Source of the DNA: Porticoccaceae bacterium
GTDB lineage: Bacteria; Pseudomonadota; Gammaproteobacteria; Pseudomonadales; Porticoccaceae
Assembly (NCBI GenBank): GCA_028280905.1
Contig: JANQKW010000331.1
Location: forward strand, 2,000-65,999
DNA: 64,000 nt
Reading direction: 5' to 3'
Shown here in pieces: positions 35,000 to 44,221 of this stretch. Positions within the stretch are counted from its first letter, which is position 1, and every line of letters starts with the position of its first letter. The notes under the pieces were generated by a model, which was not told the origin of the DNA, searched no databases, and worked only from the letters and a program-made list of their open reading frames with translations. The position numbers and the translations under genes are program-made.

Positions 35000-36496
35000 A
35001 TGACCGTTCGAACTCGCATAGCGCCGTCGCCCACTGGCGACCCCCACCTGGGCACCGCCTATATCGCGCTGTTTAACCTGTGCTTCGCCCACGCCAAAGG
35101 CGGAGAATTCGTGTTGCGTATTGAGGATACCGACCAGCTGCGCAGCACCTATGAATCGGAGCAGAAGATTTTGCAGTCCCTGCAATGGTTGGGGCTGGAG
35201 TGGGACGAAGGCCCGGACGTCGGCGGTGACTATGGTCCGTACCGCCAGAGCGAGCGGATGCCTATCTACCGAACCCACGCCATGGAGCTTGTGGCGAAAG
35301 GGCATGCGTTTTACTGTTTCGCCACCCCGGAAGAGTTGGACGAAATGCGCCGCGAACAGATGGCCAGGGGTGAGACGCCCAAATACGACGGGCGCGGGCT
35401 GCTGCTGACTGACGAAGAGGTGCAAGCCAGGCTCGATGCCGGCGAGCCCTATGTGATACGGATGAAGGTGCCGGAGCGGGGGACCTGCACCTTCAGCGAT
35501 ATGCTGCGCGGGGAGGTGCAAATACCCTGGTCGCAAATCGATATGCAGGTGTTGTTAAAAGCCGACGGCATGCCCACCTATCACCTCGCCAATGTGGTTG
35601 ACGACCACCTGATGAAAATCAGCCATGTTATCCGCGGTGAAGAGTGGCTTAACTCGGCGCCCAAACACCAGCTGCTCTACCAGTACTTCGGTTGGGAGAT
35701 GCCCGAGCTATGCCATATGCCGTTGTTGAGAAACCCGGATAAAAGCAAGCTGAGCAAACGCAAGAACCCCACCAGCATCAACTACTACCGGGATATGGGT
35801 TACCTGCCGGAGGCGGTGCTTAACTACCTGGGCCGCATGGGTTGGTCGATGCCGAACGAGGAGGAAAAGTTCAGCTTCAGGGAGATGCTGGATAATTTCG
35901 ATATCTCCCACGTGCACCTCGGCGGCCCGGTATTTGACACGGAAAAGCTCGATTGGCTCAATGGCCGTTGGATCAGAGAGGAGCTGGATGAGCACGCCTT
36001 CGCCGATCGCGTTACCGACTGGGCGCTAAACCGCGACCACCTGCTGCAGATGATTCCGTTGGTGAAAGAGCGGGTGGAGAAGTTTACCGATCTGGCGCCC
36101 ATGTTGAGCTTCCTGTTGTCAGGCCTGCCGACGCTGGACAATTCCAGCTTTGAAAATAGCCGCGTAGATAACGAGACGGTTAGAAAAATCCTCCAGTTCA
36201 GCGCCTGGCGGCTGGATGAAACCGCCGCCTGGGAGCGGGATGTCTTGTACCGGGAACTCGACCAGATTGCCGGCGCCATGGAGATGAAGCTCAAGGACTT
36301 CCTGTTTCCGTTGTTTGTGGCGATTGCCGGGTCCAGTTCGGCGCCGCCGCTGTTCGATTCCATGGTGATACTCGGCCCGGATATGTCCAGGGCTCGGGTC
36401 AGGCATGCGCTCAATGCCGCCGGTGGCGCTTCCAAGAAACTGTTGAAGAAATGGGATAGGGAATACCAGTCGATCTGCGCATCCCGCGATGCTTGA
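35000..36496 (+). CDS. gltX: Glutamate--tRNA ligase
   Basis: [16 protein letters not shown] (HIGH-type) and KLSKRK (KMSKS-type) motifs; 498 aa. Confidence 0.95.
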   Translation: MTVRTRIAPSPTGDPHLGTAYIALFNLCFAHAKGGEFVLRIEDTDQLRSTYESEQKILQSLQWLGLEWDEGPDVGGDYGPYRQSERMPIYRTHAMELVAKGHAFYCFATPEELDEMRREQMARGETPKYDGRGLLLTDEEVQARLDAGEPYVIRMKVPERGTCTFSDMLRGEVQIPWSQIDMQVLLKADGMPTYHLANVVDDHLMKISHVIRGEEWLNSAPKHQLLYQYFGWEMPELCHMPLLRNPDKSKLSKRKNPTSINYYRDMGYLPEAVLNYLGRMGWSMPNEEEKFSFREMLDNFDISHVHLGGPVFDTEKLDWLNGRWIREELDEHAFADRVTDWALNRDHLLQMIPLVKERVEKFTDLAPMLSFLLSGLPTLDNSSFENSRVDNETVRKILQFSAWRLDETAAWERDVLYRELDQIAGAMEMKLKDFLFPLFVAIAGSSSAPPLFDSMVILGPDMSRARVRHALNAAGGASKKLLKKWDREYQSICASRDA

Positions 36497-36542
36497 CACC
36501 CAACGGGGCGATACTTAGAATGCGCAGCCTTCAATCGATTTA

Positions 36543-36618
36543 GGGGCTATAGCTCAGCTGGGAGAGCGCAACACTGGCAGTGTTGAGGTCAGCGGTTCGA
36601 TCCCGCTTAGCTCCACCA
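36543..36618 (+). tRNA. tRNA-Ala (anticodon GGC)
   Basis: Folded by hand. Acceptor GGGGCTA/TAGCTCC with the G3:U70 alanine identity pair. D arm GCTC-AGCTGGGA-GAGC. Anticodon arm CAACA-CTGGCAG-TGTTG. T arm AGCGG-TTCGATC-CCGCT. CCA is encoded. Confidence 0.95.
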
Positions 36619-36626
36619 AACACAAA

Positions 36627-36657
36627 CCCTCGCATGTAAGTGCGGGGGTTTTTGTTT
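36627..36657 (+). terminator. Rho-independent terminator after tRNA-Ala
   Basis: CCCTCGCA-tgtaag-TGCGGGGG followed by TTTTTGTTT. Confidence 0.8.
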
Positions 36658-36707
36658 GGGCGCCCTTTAGGGCGATCCCGAAGGGACGACGAATGAAATG
36701 AGGAGCA

Positions 36708-36731
36708 ATCCCGCTTAGCTCCACCAAACAC
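36708..36731 (+). repeat. 24-bp direct repeat of the tRNA-Ala 3' end (att-like scar or remnant of a second tRNA copy)
   Basis: ATCCCGCTTAGCTCCACCAAACAC at 36708..36731 is identical to 36600..36623 (T-arm 3' half, acceptor 3' strand, CCA and 5 nt of trailer). Confidence 0.85.
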
Positions 36732-36825
36732 TTCGCTTGTAGCGTTAGTAGGTACTAACGGGACAAAAACTCCCAAGAGTATTTCAAGCTACAAACACGA
36801 CGTTCCTTGCGTTGTGTAAGTGTAG

Positions 36826-36857
36826 AAAAGGGCTGCCTTTGGGTAGCCCTTTTCTTT
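36826..36857. terminator. Orphan bidirectional terminator-like hairpin
   Basis: AAAAGGGCT...AGCCCTTTT stem flanked by an A-run and a T-run. No intact gene lies on either side. Confidence 0.5.
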
Positions 36858-37001
36858 AACATTAGTAATTCCGGCTCGACCTGACAGCGGCGTAGGTTGT
36901 TTCTAGCAGTACTTTTCTATGTCACTTTCCTAATAGGGCCGCTGAAATATCTATGCACAGGGATACTAGTCTACCTAAATTAGGCTTGGCATAGCACAGC
37001 A

Positions 37002-37265
37002 TTGGGCAGCAAACGGTTAACTGAAGGGGATTTAAAAGAGTCTATCATCAAGGGAACCGGCCTGTGCGTGCGTTCGGTGGTGATGACAGCTACCGCCGTC
37101 ATCGTTGGTCTATTACCTACTCTCTATGGCGCTGGAACGGGTTCTGAGGTCATGAGCCGTATAGCGGCCCCCGCAGTTGGCGGAATGATAAGCGCTGTTC
37201 TATTGACGTTGGTTGTGCTTCCGGCCATATTCTTCGTTTGGAAGAAAAAAGGCACGCGAACATGA
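37002..37265 (+). pseudogene. 3'-terminal fragment of a CusA/CzcA-type heavy-metal RND efflux pump gene
   Basis: The 87-aa frame ...[62 protein letters not shown] matches the last ~85 aa of ~1040-aa CusA-family pumps ([22 protein letters not shown] in E. coli CusA, from memory). There is no upstream coding continuation and stops lie in frame. Confidence 0.75.
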
Positions 37266-37298
37266 AAGTAGTTAACAAATGGAACTAAAAAATACGGG

Positions 37299-37715
37299 TC
37301 AGTTATTCTCTTTCACATATAGAACAAGTGAATAATCCTCTAATTCATAGCCGTGTTCAAGCGCTAGTTCTGCCAGGCGATTTTCGATAGCCGCGTCGAA
37401 GAACTCGTATATGCGCCCGGTTTTCTGGCAAACTATATGGTTGTGGTGCGTGGTGTTGTTTAGCTCATACACTGTTGAATTAAGGTTAAATTTTTGACGC
37501 TTCAAAATCCCTGCTGTTTCTAGCGTAGCTAAAACTCTATGGACTGTCGATATGCCCATGTTTATATCGGATTTTCTAAATAATTTAAATACTTCTACGG
37601 CGCTCATATGATGTTGCCCGATATCTGCGCCCTCAAACAGTTCCAGTACTTTTATTCGGGCGGAAGTAATTTTAAGGCCTGCTTCTCGTAATTTTTGTTG
37701 AGCTGCTGTTGACAA
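37299..37715 (-). CDS. Fur-family metalloregulator (divergent metal-site residues)
   Basis: 138 aa: LKITSARIKVLELF..., winged helix, HHNHIVC block. TTG start with GAGG upstream. It lacks the C-terminal Cys pairs. Confidence 0.8.
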   Translation of the reverse strand: MSTAAQQKLREAGLKITSARIKVLELFEGADIGQHHMSAVEVFKLFRKSDINMGISTVHRVLATLETAGILKRQKFNLNSTVYELNNTTHHNHIVCQKTGRIYEFFDAAIENRLAELALEHGYELEDYSLVLYVKENN

Positions 37716-37839
37716 ATGTTAACCTCGAATTATCTGACTGATTGAAAAGGGCGTGGCGAATAACTTTGGTTGAGCGTGAAAACTGGCTTGAATATTCTCA
37801 AATGCATTTCTTATTTAAAATTAGATTGCATTGAAAAAT

Positions 37840-39279
37840 CTAGCGCTTTGCCGGGGAGTAATTCTTAAGCCGGTTAAAGCCAAAAGCGAAAGTGACGGCA
37901 GCAAAGAGTATAAGTGCAAGGGCATCTTTAAGAAGCCTAGAAAGTACAACTGATTGTTCTTCTGGTACATAAGTAAATCGAGGAACATTGACCATTTCAT
38001 CCCTTGTGAGATTCCTGTGTTCCATTACAGGTTTCATAAAATATTCACGCCAAATTTTATGATAGTCCTCGACTTGCGCCTTATAGTGCTCGAAATTCAG
38101 AGCACTATGATTGGCAAGTTCGCCAAGTGCAATCTGCGTCACGGCGGCCGGGCTGAGATACTTCAGGTTTCCCGCTAGCTCACGCTGTTGCCTTTTTTGG
38201 TTGTTAAATTTATCGAATACCGGGCCAGCGATTTCTTCTGCATGCAACTCAAGCGGTAGCGTCTTTAAGTAAAAATCGACTGTGCTCGCTTCCAACGCCG
38301 CCTCTTCGCTTTTACGCAGTAAATCCGCATAAAAGGCCCGTTCAAAACCGCTTTCCTTTGCCGCCTGTTCATCGGCACGGCGAACCGCTTCAACCAGCTC
38401 AATACGCGAAGGTAGCGGATATAAGGATTTCGCACTTATGTTAGAAACTGCCGGTGTGATCGGGACCAGAACAAGCCAACATGCCATCATTACAAGCGCG
38501 TTGGTAGCCGATTTCATTTCAAGCGCATTAACGGCGACCGCGAGTCCGAACCAGAAAGCGCCATAAAGAATGAGAATGGCAGCAAGAATCCCTATACGCC
38601 ATAACGAGTTGGCTTCGAAAATATCCGGATTGGCAACAAGCAGTCCGACCAAAGATATGCCCACGGCAAGGCCGATAATCAAAACGCCGCGCAGCGCAAT
38701 TTTGCCCATCACAAATTTGCCAACCGAAAGCGGCTGTGACAACAATAGAACTTGCGTACCATCCTCGCGCTCCGCTGACAATATGTTGTAACTGAGAGCA
38801 ATGATGAGTAACGGAAAAAGATAGACGAGAACAAAAGCCAGGTCGAACGCGCCAACAGCGAGGTTTTGCGGATTTTCGACTTCGTCCACATTCCGCTGCT
38901 TGTGCATCGGTTTCCATTGTACTTTCAAATAGGAAGGGGCTAGGTCGCTTTGCCCTACGGAAATTGCCGCTGTAGGCATAGGTGGTTTAATCGCAAACTC
39001 GTACCCCAACCAACGAGCATAAGGAGCGGCAAGGCGTGGGTCTTCCCTATAACTATAGGGCTCACCCGCGAGAATCCTATCGAGCTTAGCTACTTTTTTC
39101 TGAATGCCCTCGTCAGCTAGCGCTCTGGCTTCTAGCGTATTTTCTATAACGAAATTTTTCCAGGTTGTGCCGCTAGCTATACCGTAAGCCAGTAGTAGCA
39201 CATAAATCGGTATCGATATATAGGTTGCCCACTCGCGACTCAACAACCTCCATTCATTCACCATTATCTTCTTAATCAT
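37840..39279 (-). CDS. ABC-2-type transporter permease with a long C-terminal extension (recalls the DUF3526-containing family)
   Basis: 479 aa. An N-terminal TM, a large loop and a five-TM ABC-2 core, then a soluble segment and a terminal TM. Paralog of the upstream gene. Confidence 0.65.
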   Translation of the reverse strand: MIKKIMVNEWRLLSREWATYISIPIYVLLLAYGIASGTTWKNFVIENTLEARALADEGIQKKVAKLDRILAGEPYSYREDPRLAAPYARWLGYEFAIKPPMPTAAISVGQSDLAPSYLKVQWKPMHKQRNVDEVENPQNLAVGAFDLAFVLVYLFPLLIIALSYNILSAEREDGTQVLLLSQPLSVGKFVMGKIALRGVLIIGLAVGISLVGLLVANPDIFEANSLWRIGILAAILILYGAFWFGLAVAVNALEMKSATNALVMMACWLVLVPITPAVSNISAKSLYPLPSRIELVEAVRRADEQAAKESGFERAFYADLLRKSEEAALEASTVDFYLKTLPLELHAEEIAGPVFDKFNNQKRQQRELAGNLKYLSPAAVTQIALGELANHSALNFEHYKAQVEDYHKIWREYFMKPVMEHRNLTRDEMVNVPRFTYVPEEQSVVLSRLLKDALALILFAAVTFAFGFNRLKNYSPAKR

Positions 39280-39326
39280 GGTATTAAACCTTTATATAAG
39301 TGTTTCCAGAGAAGGAGTGTTGTTCT

Positions 39327-40778
39327 CTACTGGTTGACAGTTTTTACGCGGCGAGCCGAATAAGACAGCAAAGCCAAACTACCGACAAGCCAGATTATTA
39401 AGATGAAGATCGGCAGTTTATTGTGTCCCAGAACCGTGGCGAGAGGCGGTGGATCATAATCGAAAGGTGGGATCTGCTCCCACAATGACTTGTTGGCTTT
39501 ATAGCCCCAGGTGGACTCGTACTTGCTCATTCCAACGGCTTTTTTCTTGATATCCTCGTTAAGAATAGTCACCATTTGACGACGATACGCTTCCGCCGAT
39601 TTAGAAAAATCATTGGAATGATATACATCGGTGCCGGCTATTGCGTTCGACAATGTTTTAACCGCAATAAATGGAGAGAGTAAACCGAATATCTCATGAA
39701 GCTGGTTCTGTTTGACGAATGTTCTGCGCACGTGACCGTAGGTTCTATCAAACACCTCATAACCGACCTTTTCGTCCTCTTCTAAGGCTAGCCCGAGAAA
39801 GCTGAAAGGAAGGTCTTCGACTCGTTCAACGTTGTACTTTTCCAGCATCTTCTTCTTGAATGCCTTGTGGTTCGGATGGTTTGGAGAATGCGCATGTGGG
39901 CCCTCAGCCCGCCCTTTCTGTACTGCTTCGGCAAGTTCAAAAGAAGATGGCAGATCGTAAATAACTTTGCTGAGGTCGGAAGCGATGCGCGGAACGAGCA
40001 AAGCAGTGACAATCCAAAAGGCAAGTAGTGTAGTCAATGCTGCAGCTGACGATTTCGCGCGAATCGAAACTGAAAGTGCAATCGCGGTCAATGTAATAAA
40101 AAACACGACGTAAACGAGCGTAATGACCACCAGTTTCGTGGGAAATCCAATCATGAGGTGGGGATCATCGACCTTTATAAAAACAGCCGCTAACACCGCA
40201 CCAATCAGTACGCAAGGCAATACGACAGCACTCAGAGCGAGTCCGGCTCCTGCTGCTTTTCCCCAAATCAGTTTGCTTCGCGCTACCCCGATACTCATCA
40301 ACTGCCGCAAAGTACCATCTTCCCGCTCACCAGTGACCATGCCGAAACATAGAAGAAAAATTAGTAACGGAATTAGTAACTGCAACACCATAGCGCCTGA
40401 AAGGTCACCAAAGCGCTGTAAAGCTGTTCCGTCTGTCGCAGGCTTGAAGCTTGCCTGGTTCTCTCGGTGGGCCTCTAGATATTGTAATGTGCCAGTGTAG
40501 TCATTATAACCAGGGTCAAAAAATGCTAGTGGTGTCGCTGGTTTGAAAGCATAAACACCGTAGTGGCCAGCTGCGTGTGGTCCTTTCTTTCCCTGATTCA
40601 ACCATAATTCACGCTCTTCTGCGGTTGCATCCTGGCGCATCGCCTGGTCTTCCGTATAGCGGATCGCGCCAACGCCAATGGCCGAGATAAATAGAAAAAA
40701 CACGACGAATCCGGTCAAGAGAAAACGCCCATCTCGGACGGTTTCGGTAAACTCTTTACGCGCAATTATCCAAATCAT
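39327..40778 (-). CDS. ABC-2-type transporter permease with a long C-terminal extension (paralog)
   Basis: 483 aa with the same architecture. ...GEREDGTLRQL in this protein corresponds to AEREDGTQVLL in the paralog. Confidence 0.65.
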   Translation of the reverse strand: MIWIIARKEFTETVRDGRFLLTGFVVFFLFISAIGVGAIRYTEDQAMRQDATAEERELWLNQGKKGPHAAGHYGVYAFKPATPLAFFDPGYNDYTGTLQYLEAHRENQASFKPATDGTALQRFGDLSGAMVLQLLIPLLIFLLCFGMVTGEREDGTLRQLMSIGVARSKLIWGKAAGAGLALSAVVLPCVLIGAVLAAVFIKVDDPHLMIGFPTKLVVITLVYVVFFITLTAIALSVSIRAKSSAAALTTLLAFWIVTALLVPRIASDLSKVIYDLPSSFELAEAVQKGRAEGPHAHSPNHPNHKAFKKKMLEKYNVERVEDLPFSFLGLALEEDEKVGYEVFDRTYGHVRRTFVKQNQLHEIFGLLSPFIAVKTLSNAIAGTDVYHSNDFSKSAEAYRRQMVTILNEDIKKKAVGMSKYESTWGYKANKSLWEQIPPFDYDPPPLATVLGHNKLPIFILIIWLVGSLALLSYSARRVKTVNQ

Positions 40779-40789
40779 TGAATATCCCT

Positions 40790-41584
40790 CTAATCGTGCA
40801 TGTGTTTCAAATAGAGGGCTTCAAGGTCAGCGTGGCCGATATCTTCAGTATGAAGATCGTCAACTAAGTTGCCATGTTTCATAATTCCGACTCTGGTGCC
40901 CGTTTCCTTTGCGCGAAACAGGTCATGTGTAGCCATCAGGATGGACACCCCATTTGCGCTCATGCTCAACAATAGCTCGGAAAATTCATTTGATGCTTTT
41001 GGATCGAGCCCGGATGTCGGCTCATCCAGAAGGAGGACTTTGGCTTTCTTGGCTATAGCGATGGCTATCCCTACTTTTTGTCTCATGCCCTTGGAATAAC
41101 CGCCGACTCGCTTATTCGATGCGTCATTTTGTAGACCTGCATGATCAAGAAAGCCGTAGAGTTCTTCATCTGTGTAATGATTATGTCCGGCAAGAGTACT
41201 GAAGTAGCGCAAATTCTCTATGCCGGTCAAGTTTCTATAGAGCATTACAATTTCAGGAATATAAGCGAGTGATTTTTTTGTTTCAATCGGGTGCTTCTGA
41301 ACATCCATACCGTCAATAAAAGCATGTCCGGAATTGGGTTTAATGAAGTCAAGAAAAAGGTTGATAGTAGTGCTCTTTCCTGCCCCATTTGCACCCAATA
41401 AGCAATAGATTTCACCGGGCGCTATATTCAAATTTAAGCTGTTAAGGGCCGGCTGACCATTATATTTTTTGCATAGTTGAACCGCTCTAATCAACGATTG
41501 GTTAGCCTTATCAGTCTGTGATTTACTCACACAAACTCCTGTCTCGGAGTCAGCAGATTTAACAGGTGTTTGCAGTGTTGACAT
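40790..41584 (-). CDS. ABC transporter ATP-binding protein
   Basis: Walker A GANGAGKST, signature YSKGMRQKV, Walker B LLLDEPTSGLD. The start is either ATG 41584 or GTG 41596. Confidence 0.9.
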   Translation of the reverse strand: MSTLQTPVKSADSETGVCVSKSQTDKANQSLIRAVQLCKKYNGQPALNSLNLNIAPGEIYCLLGANGAGKSTTINLFLDFIKPNSGHAFIDGMDVQKHPIETKKSLAYIPEIVMLYRNLTGIENLRYFSTLAGHNHYTDEELYGFLDHAGLQNDASNKRVGGYSKGMRQKVGIAIAIAKKAKVLLLDEPTSGLDPKASNEFSELLLSMSANGVSILMATHDLFRAKETGTRVGIMKHGNLVDDLHTEDIGHADLEALYLKHMHD

Positions 41585-41919
41585 ACTAGAACCCACTTAT
41601 ATTAGTAGTTTGTTATTGTAATAGCGGAGATGTTTCAGCTTTGCCCAAGCAGAGCTTAATGTTGCTCACTCTGCTGTGCGTATAAAAACCAAAGGTATGG
41701 AATTATTAATTCCTGCGCAAATGAAATATTGGAATGGAGGTTCGTAGTTATGGAATGCTAGCTGTCGTTAGGGGAACGTGTATATTGAGTCGGTCATTCC
41801 CTGGCCATATGCTGTCTACGTTCCATTTCTCGTCGAGTAAACCACGATGGAATAGCAGGATAAATAGCCGCTGCCGTTTCAACCGAGCTTAAGTAGGATT
41901 TTATCGAGCAATGCCCGAA

Positions 41920-43050
41920 TTAGTTAGCAACAGCCTTGTCAGATTCGGTATAACGGGTAATCCGAAAAGCATCGATTGGTGTTGTAGATTCTCCTTTTAC
42001 AATTAGTTCTCCAATCACTTCGCCTGTTGATGGCCCAAGCTGAAACCCATGACCACTCATGCCAAATGCGTGAACTAAATTTGGCGTGGTGTCACTAAAC
42101 CCCAATACAGGCATCCGATCTGGCATATCGGCCTCAAGCCCCGACCACGAACGAATAATATTAACGCCTTTGAGGGCGGGAACAAGGTCGACTAATTTCT
42201 CGAAAGCCGCAATACTGGTTTCAGTTACCGGACGTGAACGCTCGGCTTCGAGGTCCCCCCAACCAGGTCCTCCGCCAAATACCACATTGCCTCTATCCAC
42301 TTGGCGAAAATAGGGTACACCTCCGACGATGGCGACAGAACGATTCATTAATGGGGAAATAGGTTCTGTGACTACCAAGTTAGGTGAGCGCAGTCTGACA
42401 GGAGGGTGTTCGTCGAACCATTCACATATACTTTTTGCCCAAGCACCAGTGCAGTTGACAAGGAAGCGGGACTTCAAAGTAAATGTATCTGTCGAAACTT
42501 CAAATAGCTCTCCCGTCTGTTGCGCAAATTTTGCAGCAGTGAACTCGTGGATCTCTGCTCCCATACTTTTCGCTTTCCTAGCGAGGGCGGGCGTTACAAG
42601 GCGAGGATTTGCCAATCCACATTCTGCTGAGAAAGATGCACCGACCACCTTGTCACTTAACCAAGGGAAATTGTCTCTAACGTATTTGAGACCAAATATC
42701 TCCAGGTTAAGTCCGTAATCACGGACTTTCTCTGCATGATCCTCGAGCACGGCCATATCTTCTTCGTTCTTGGCCAGGCGAATGTGGCCAACAGCTCGAA
42801 ACCCAATATCCTCCCCCAGCATTTCGTTCATACTATGCCAGAGGGGTACAGCGCGCCTGGAAAGGGGTATCTCTGGGAGCGATCGGCCTTGCTGTCTTAC
42901 TCCTCCGGCGTTATTGCAGCTGGCTTGAGCGCCGCACATGCCTTTTTCGATAACCGCTACCGATAGTCCCGATCGACGCAGTGCGATAGCTGCTGAGCAG
43001 CCAATGATTCCGCCGCCCAAAATAGCGACGTCAACTTTCTTTTCTGTCAT
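41920..43050 (-). CDS. FAD-dependent oxidoreductase, DAO family (D-amino-acid dehydrogenase / sarcosine-oxidase-beta / HcnC / OoxB-like)
   Basis: Start moved to the internal ATG (MTEKKVDVAILGGGIIGCSAAIALRRSG, a dinucleotide fold). The 74-aa N-terminal extension in the ORF track overlaps the upstream gene. Confidence 0.85.
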   Translation of the reverse strand: MTEKKVDVAILGGGIIGCSAAIALRRSGLSVAVIEKGMCGAQASCNNAGGVRQQGRSLPEIPLSRRAVPLWHSMNEMLGEDIGFRAVGHIRLAKNEEDMAVLEDHAEKVRDYGLNLEIFGLKYVRDNFPWLSDKVVGASFSAECGLANPRLVTPALARKAKSMGAEIHEFTAAKFAQQTGELFEVSTDTFTLKSRFLVNCTGAWAKSICEWFDEHPPVRLRSPNLVVTEPISPLMNRSVAIVGGVPYFRQVDRGNVVFGGGPGWGDLEAERSRPVTETSIAAFEKLVDLVPALKGVNIIRSWSGLEADMPDRMPVLGFSDTTPNLVHAFGMSGHGFQLGPSTGEVIGELIVKGESTTPIDAFRITRYTESDKAVAN

Positions 43051-43886
43051 TTGTTTGCTTCCGTCTTTATAGGGTGAGTCTGAACCTTGTTTAACGATTG
43101 CGTGTCGATCTGACGCCACTTTTCTTCTTCGGGAAGGTCTACTGGTATGTCTCGAAAGGACTTTTTGCCAGTAAACGTTGCAGAGATTATATTGACATCT
43201 AAGTTGATTTCGGATAATACCACCGCCGCGATATGAAGTGCGGCCAATAACAATAGCAGGTAGTAACACCAAATATGCATAGTAACAACAGGATTGCGAA
43301 CAGCGAGCATTTTCGTATATGTTACAGGGTTGACTGTCGCTAACATTTCAGCTCGAAGTGATGTCATAAATCCAGGCACATTGGGCTTTACTTCCGAAGG
43401 GTCTACTTCCGGGGCAGCAATATACTGTGATATTGCACCTCCAAACGGTGGCATATAGATGTCAGTTCCGGTAAGTAATAGCCCGCTTGACCCTTGAATA
43501 ATAAAAAGTACAATGAATAAAGAAACTGCGAGACGCCCCAAAGGGTTATGCCCCAGGAAAGAGGGCTTATGTCGTCCGAACATTCCACGAATATACTCTA
43601 AGAAAGACCTGGCATAGCCCTGCCTGAACGGTAATATATGTCGCCATTGAGCGTAATAACTGCCTGTCCATCCCCAGACTATTCGCCACAAAAGATTAGC
43701 TATAAATATATAGCCAACTAATGTATGAATTTTTTTTAGAAGAACATAACCGTCGAGCGATAATCCTAATTCCATTCCATAATGAACGACGCTTCCACTG
43801 AATATTAGGAGCAGAAAGCTGATGAAGTTTATCCAATGGAATACACGTACAGAGCGACCCCACACGTGAAATTCATTCAGGCTCAT
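43047..43886 (-). CDS. Membrane b-type cytochrome (cytochrome b561 / Ni-Fe hydrogenase b-subunit-like family)
   Basis: 279 aa. RSVRVFHWINFISFLLLIFSG..., four TM helices with conserved His (HW, KIHTLVGY, LGHNPLG, ALHIAAV). Its stop overlaps the next start (ATGA). Confidence 0.7.
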   Translation of the reverse strand: MSLNEFHVWGRSVRVFHWINFISFLLLIFSGSVVHYGMELGLSLDGYVLLKKIHTLVGYIFIANLLWRIVWGWTGSYYAQWRHILPFRQGYARSFLEYIRGMFGRHKPSFLGHNPLGRLAVSLFIVLFIIQGSSGLLLTGTDIYMPPFGGAISQYIAAPEVDPSEVKPNVPGFMTSLRAEMLATVNPVTYTKMLAVRNPVVTMHIWCYYLLLLLAALHIAAVVLSEINLDVNIISATFTGKKSFRDIPVDLPEEEKWRQIDTQSLNKVQTHPIKTEANK

Positions 43887-44221
43887 ACGCTTTCTCGCTA
43901 AAAAATGCCTGGTGCCGCATCTCTTAGATTTATAGACGACGGGTAAATATCGGCATCAAATTTATTGGTCAGACTACCCGTTAAATGTACGACGGTAGAT
44001 ACTTCTAATACCAATTACTTTTTGTTATGCACTATCTTCAAGATTGAATTTGGAGAGGGCTGGTAAAAGTGCCAGAATCCGACTGATGCTAACAAAGATT
44101 CTTTTAGTCAGCAGGTTAAACTAATTCAACATCTACACAAGATCAATTTTGAGCCCGGTATAGAGTTATTTGACGGGCAAACAACAAACCAGATTAAACC
44201 GATTATCGGGGGATAATAGAT

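Noticed and set aside
36540-36776. 78-aa minus-strand ORF
   Set aside because: It overlaps tRNA-Ala, its terminator and the duplicated tRNA end, so it is an artefact of the stop-free reverse frame.
44201-44217. GATTATC-gggg-GATAAT inverted hexamers as a Fur box for the TonB receptor gene
   Set aside because: Only two hexamers are present, with non-canonical spacing. They abut the start codon rather than a -10/-35 region. A real matrix scan and promoter mapping would be needed.
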